Assembly (NCBI GenBank): GCA_029762535.1
Contig: JARVGK010000018.1
Coordinates: forward strand, 1-61,491
Length of the DNA stretch: 61,491 nt
Reading direction: 5' to 3'
Source of the DNA: Thermoplasmatota archaeon
Lineage (GTDB): Archaea > Thermoplasmatota > Penumbrarchaeia > Penumbrarchaeales > Penumbrarchaeaceae
Shown: piece after piece, positions 59,757 to 61,491 of the stretch
Layout of the letters: each line of letters starts with the position of its first letter
Position numbering within the stretch: the first letter of the stretch is position 1
Position numbers and translations under genes: made by a program
The notes under the pieces: generated by a model
The model's input: the letters and a program-made list of their open reading frames with translations, nothing else
What the model was told of the DNA's origin: nothing
Database searches by the model: none

Positions 59757-59820
59757 ATGACAAGGTGTTTAAATAGAACTTGTCATCGTCGTGACAAGTT
59801 TTTTATATAGAAGTTGTCAT
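59757..59820. promoter_or_regulatory. Two tandem 30-bp palindromic units, each enclosing a TATA-like box, upstream of the ATPase gene
   Basis: ATGACAAG-N14-CTTGTCAT (59757-59786) and GTGACAAG-N14-GTTGTCAT (59791-59820); spacers contain TTTAAATA and TTTATATA. Confidence 0.7.
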
Positions 59821-59829
59821 TAGGTTATC

Positions 59830-61305
59830 ATGGATGATCGGTATCTGATCGAGCAGAACCCATGGTGGCGGGATATAGGATCTTTAGGATCAGACCGCCA
59901 TCTGAAGAGGGTCGAGCTCTCCGAGGTCAAATGGGATCCCCGGATCAGGTACAAGTTTGACCTTTCCCCGGGTGAGATATATACATTGAGAGGGCCTCGG
60001 CAGGTCGGTAAGACGACACTGATCAAGATCATGGCCCAGGACCTGATCTATAGAGGAATTTCCCCCTATTCGGTGTTCTATTTCTCGCTAGACCTGGTCT
60101 CGGACCCTGTCGAGCTTGAGGGATTGGTCAACAGATATTTCGATCTTTCCGGGTCCTTTGGGGCGGAGGGGACGCGATACCTCTTCCTTGACGAGATATC
60201 CAATGTCGATCATTGGGGATCGGCCATCAAGTATCTGGTCGATTCGAACAAGCTCAAGGATACGACAATGATCATGACGGGGTCGCATTCCATGGATATC
60301 AAAAGGTCATCAGAGAGATTGCCCGGCAGGGTGGGGGAAGGCTCCGCTGTCCGAGACAAGATCATGATGCCAATGAAGTTCTCCGAATATGTTCAGAACG
60401 TCGATCCCGAACTGTGGGCAAGGATCTCCGAACACGTTCCACGCTCCTTCGAGCCCAGATCGGAGATGATCCTATCCCTGTTCGAGGGAGAGGACCATAC
60501 TGTCCCGTTAACCTTGTACCAGAGGGACCTTCAGAGTCATCTAGGGTCATACATGCTGACAGGAGGGATCATCAGCGCCATCAACGAGTTCAAAGCATCC
60601 GGCAAGATATCACCTCAGACGTATGAGGTGTACATACGATCCCTTGTGGGGGACCTCACAAGGAACAATCTTAACGAGAGGATAGCTAAGCTTGTCGCGA
60701 GGTCCCTTCTGGAGATGATGGGGACGAGTTTCAGCTACAACTCCATAGCCGACCTGCTGGATATCGGGTCGCACAATACCGTGGCGAAGTATATCTCCTC
60801 TCTTGAGGACTCGTATGTGCTGGACCAGGTCTATCAGGTCGATCACGAGAAGAACACGCCCATGATGAGGAGCAACAGGAAGGCCTACTTCACGGACCCT
60901 TTCATCCTCCATTCCGTTAACCACTGGGTGAACGGGACCGGGGATCCCTTCGGGAGATCGGTCGAACTGATATCCGATCCCGAATCGTCATCCCGTTTGA
61001 TCGAGGCGATCGTCTGCGACCATATTATCCGGTTATCTTACAACATGGCACCGTCGGACCACTTCTCGCATCATGAGAAGGTAATGTTCTGGAGGAAGAA
61101 GAGGAACGGAAGGGAGATCGACTTCGTCCTGTGGGACGGGAGGAGGCTCCATCCCCTCGAGGTGAAATACAGGAACAGGCTCCGGGTTTCCGACTGGAGG
61201 TCCATGCACAATTTCCCCAATGGATTGATCCTCACGAAAGGGATACGGGATGAGAGGAACCGCAGGCTCGCTGTCCCGGTGGAGCAGTTCCTCATCCTGA
61301 TATAG
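59830..61305 (+). CDS. AAA+ ATPase (AAA_14-type) with HTH and C-terminal DUF4143 PD-(D/E)xK-like domain
   Basis: QNPWW, GPRQVGKTT, LFLDEI, TGS, GRV, KAYFTDP, EIDFV..LEVKY. Confidence 0.92.
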   Translation: MDDRYLIEQNPWWRDIGSLGSDRHLKRVELSEVKWDPRIRYKFDLSPGEIYTLRGPRQVGKTTLIKIMAQDLIYRGISPYSVFYFSLDLVSDPVELEGLVNRYFDLSGSFGAEGTRYLFLDEISNVDHWGSAIKYLVDSNKLKDTTMIMTGSHSMDIKRSSERLPGRVGEGSAVRDKIMMPMKFSEYVQNVDPELWARISEHVPRSFEPRSEMILSLFEGEDHTVPLTLYQRDLQSHLGSYMLTGGIISAINEFKASGKISPQTYEVYIRSLVGDLTRNNLNERIAKLVARSLLEMMGTSFSYNSIADLLDIGSHNTVAKYISSLEDSYVLDQVYQVDHEKNTPMMRSNRKAYFTDPFILHSVNHWVNGTGDPFGRSVELISDPESSSRLIEAIVCDHIIRLSYNMAPSDHFSHHEKVMFWRKKRNGREIDFVLWDGRRLHPLEVKYRNRLRVSDWRSMHNFPNGLILTKGIRDERNRRLAVPVEQFLILI

Positions 61306-61376
61306 AATAGATCCGCCAGGAGATCCGAGCAAGGGGCGTCGTCCACGCGGAGTCGATAATCAGGATCTTCTACTGA
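61299..61376 (+). repeat. 78-bp direct repeat, copy 2
   Basis: 75/78 identical to 59651-59728; contains the ATPase stop codon. Confidence 0.95.
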
Positions 61377-61387
61377 GGAGGGATCAT

Positions 61388-61489
61388 TCATTCTTCCGAT
61401 AGGGAGGAACTGGATCCCCTCCTCCACGCTACGAGGAGGATCCCTGCGATCAGAAGGACAAGGATCGATCCCTCGGGGAAGGATATACC
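61388..61489 (-). CDS. C-terminal membrane anchor of a surface-protein gene (partial, or an orphan fragment)
   Basis: Reads GISFPEGSILVLLIAGILLVAWRRGSSSSLSEE*; homologous to 7302-7356. Confidence 0.6.
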   Translation of the reverse strand, partial: GISFPEGSILVLLIAGILLVAWRRGSSSSLSEE

Positions 61490-61491
61490 TC

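Noticed and set aside
61299-61376. DGR template/variable repeat pair (all three mismatches are A in the downstream copy)
   Set aside because: Only three sites, no reverse transcriptase in the window, the target is an enzyme C-terminus, and GC-to-AT decay of a non-coding copy explains the pattern.
1-61491. CRISPR array, rRNA, integrase or intact transposase
   Set aside because: None recognised; the regular repeats seen are coding (SBBP, FN3, TSP3, PKD).

Overview
Chromosomal window from a GC-rich archaeon, most consistent with Thermoplasmatota (archaeal gatE, egsA, priL, nep1, type II GAPDH, KaiC/RAD55-like ATPases, many large Ig-fold surface proteins with one C-terminal membrane anchor). 1-~8580 is a variable island-like region ending at the 3' end of a minus-strand tRNA-Arg(CCT). 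It holds a duplicated DUF499-like gene 3' end, an AT-rich LamG gene, an IS5-like remnant, an SBBP/FN3 surface protein and several gene fragments. ~8700-59700 is mostly core genes mixed with secreted proteins. The last ~1.8 kb is an AAA-ATPase/DUF4143 gene bracketed by a 78-bp direct repeat. The best candidate for something new is a full-length O-phosphoseryl-tRNA synthetase (SepRS) homolog that keeps the class II ATP motifs but has the phosphoserine-pocket and anticodon-contact residues rewritten; it overlaps a translin gene and no SepCysS is nearby. Other leads: a shared hydrophobic-x-E-E-COOH tail and P-[ST]-R N-terminal motif on surface proteins, a presenilin-type protease, an SOR-like/DOMON/cytochrome b561 fusion, and an apparently circularly permuted Omp28 domain. 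All family calls are motif recognition by eye and from memory; no searches were run.
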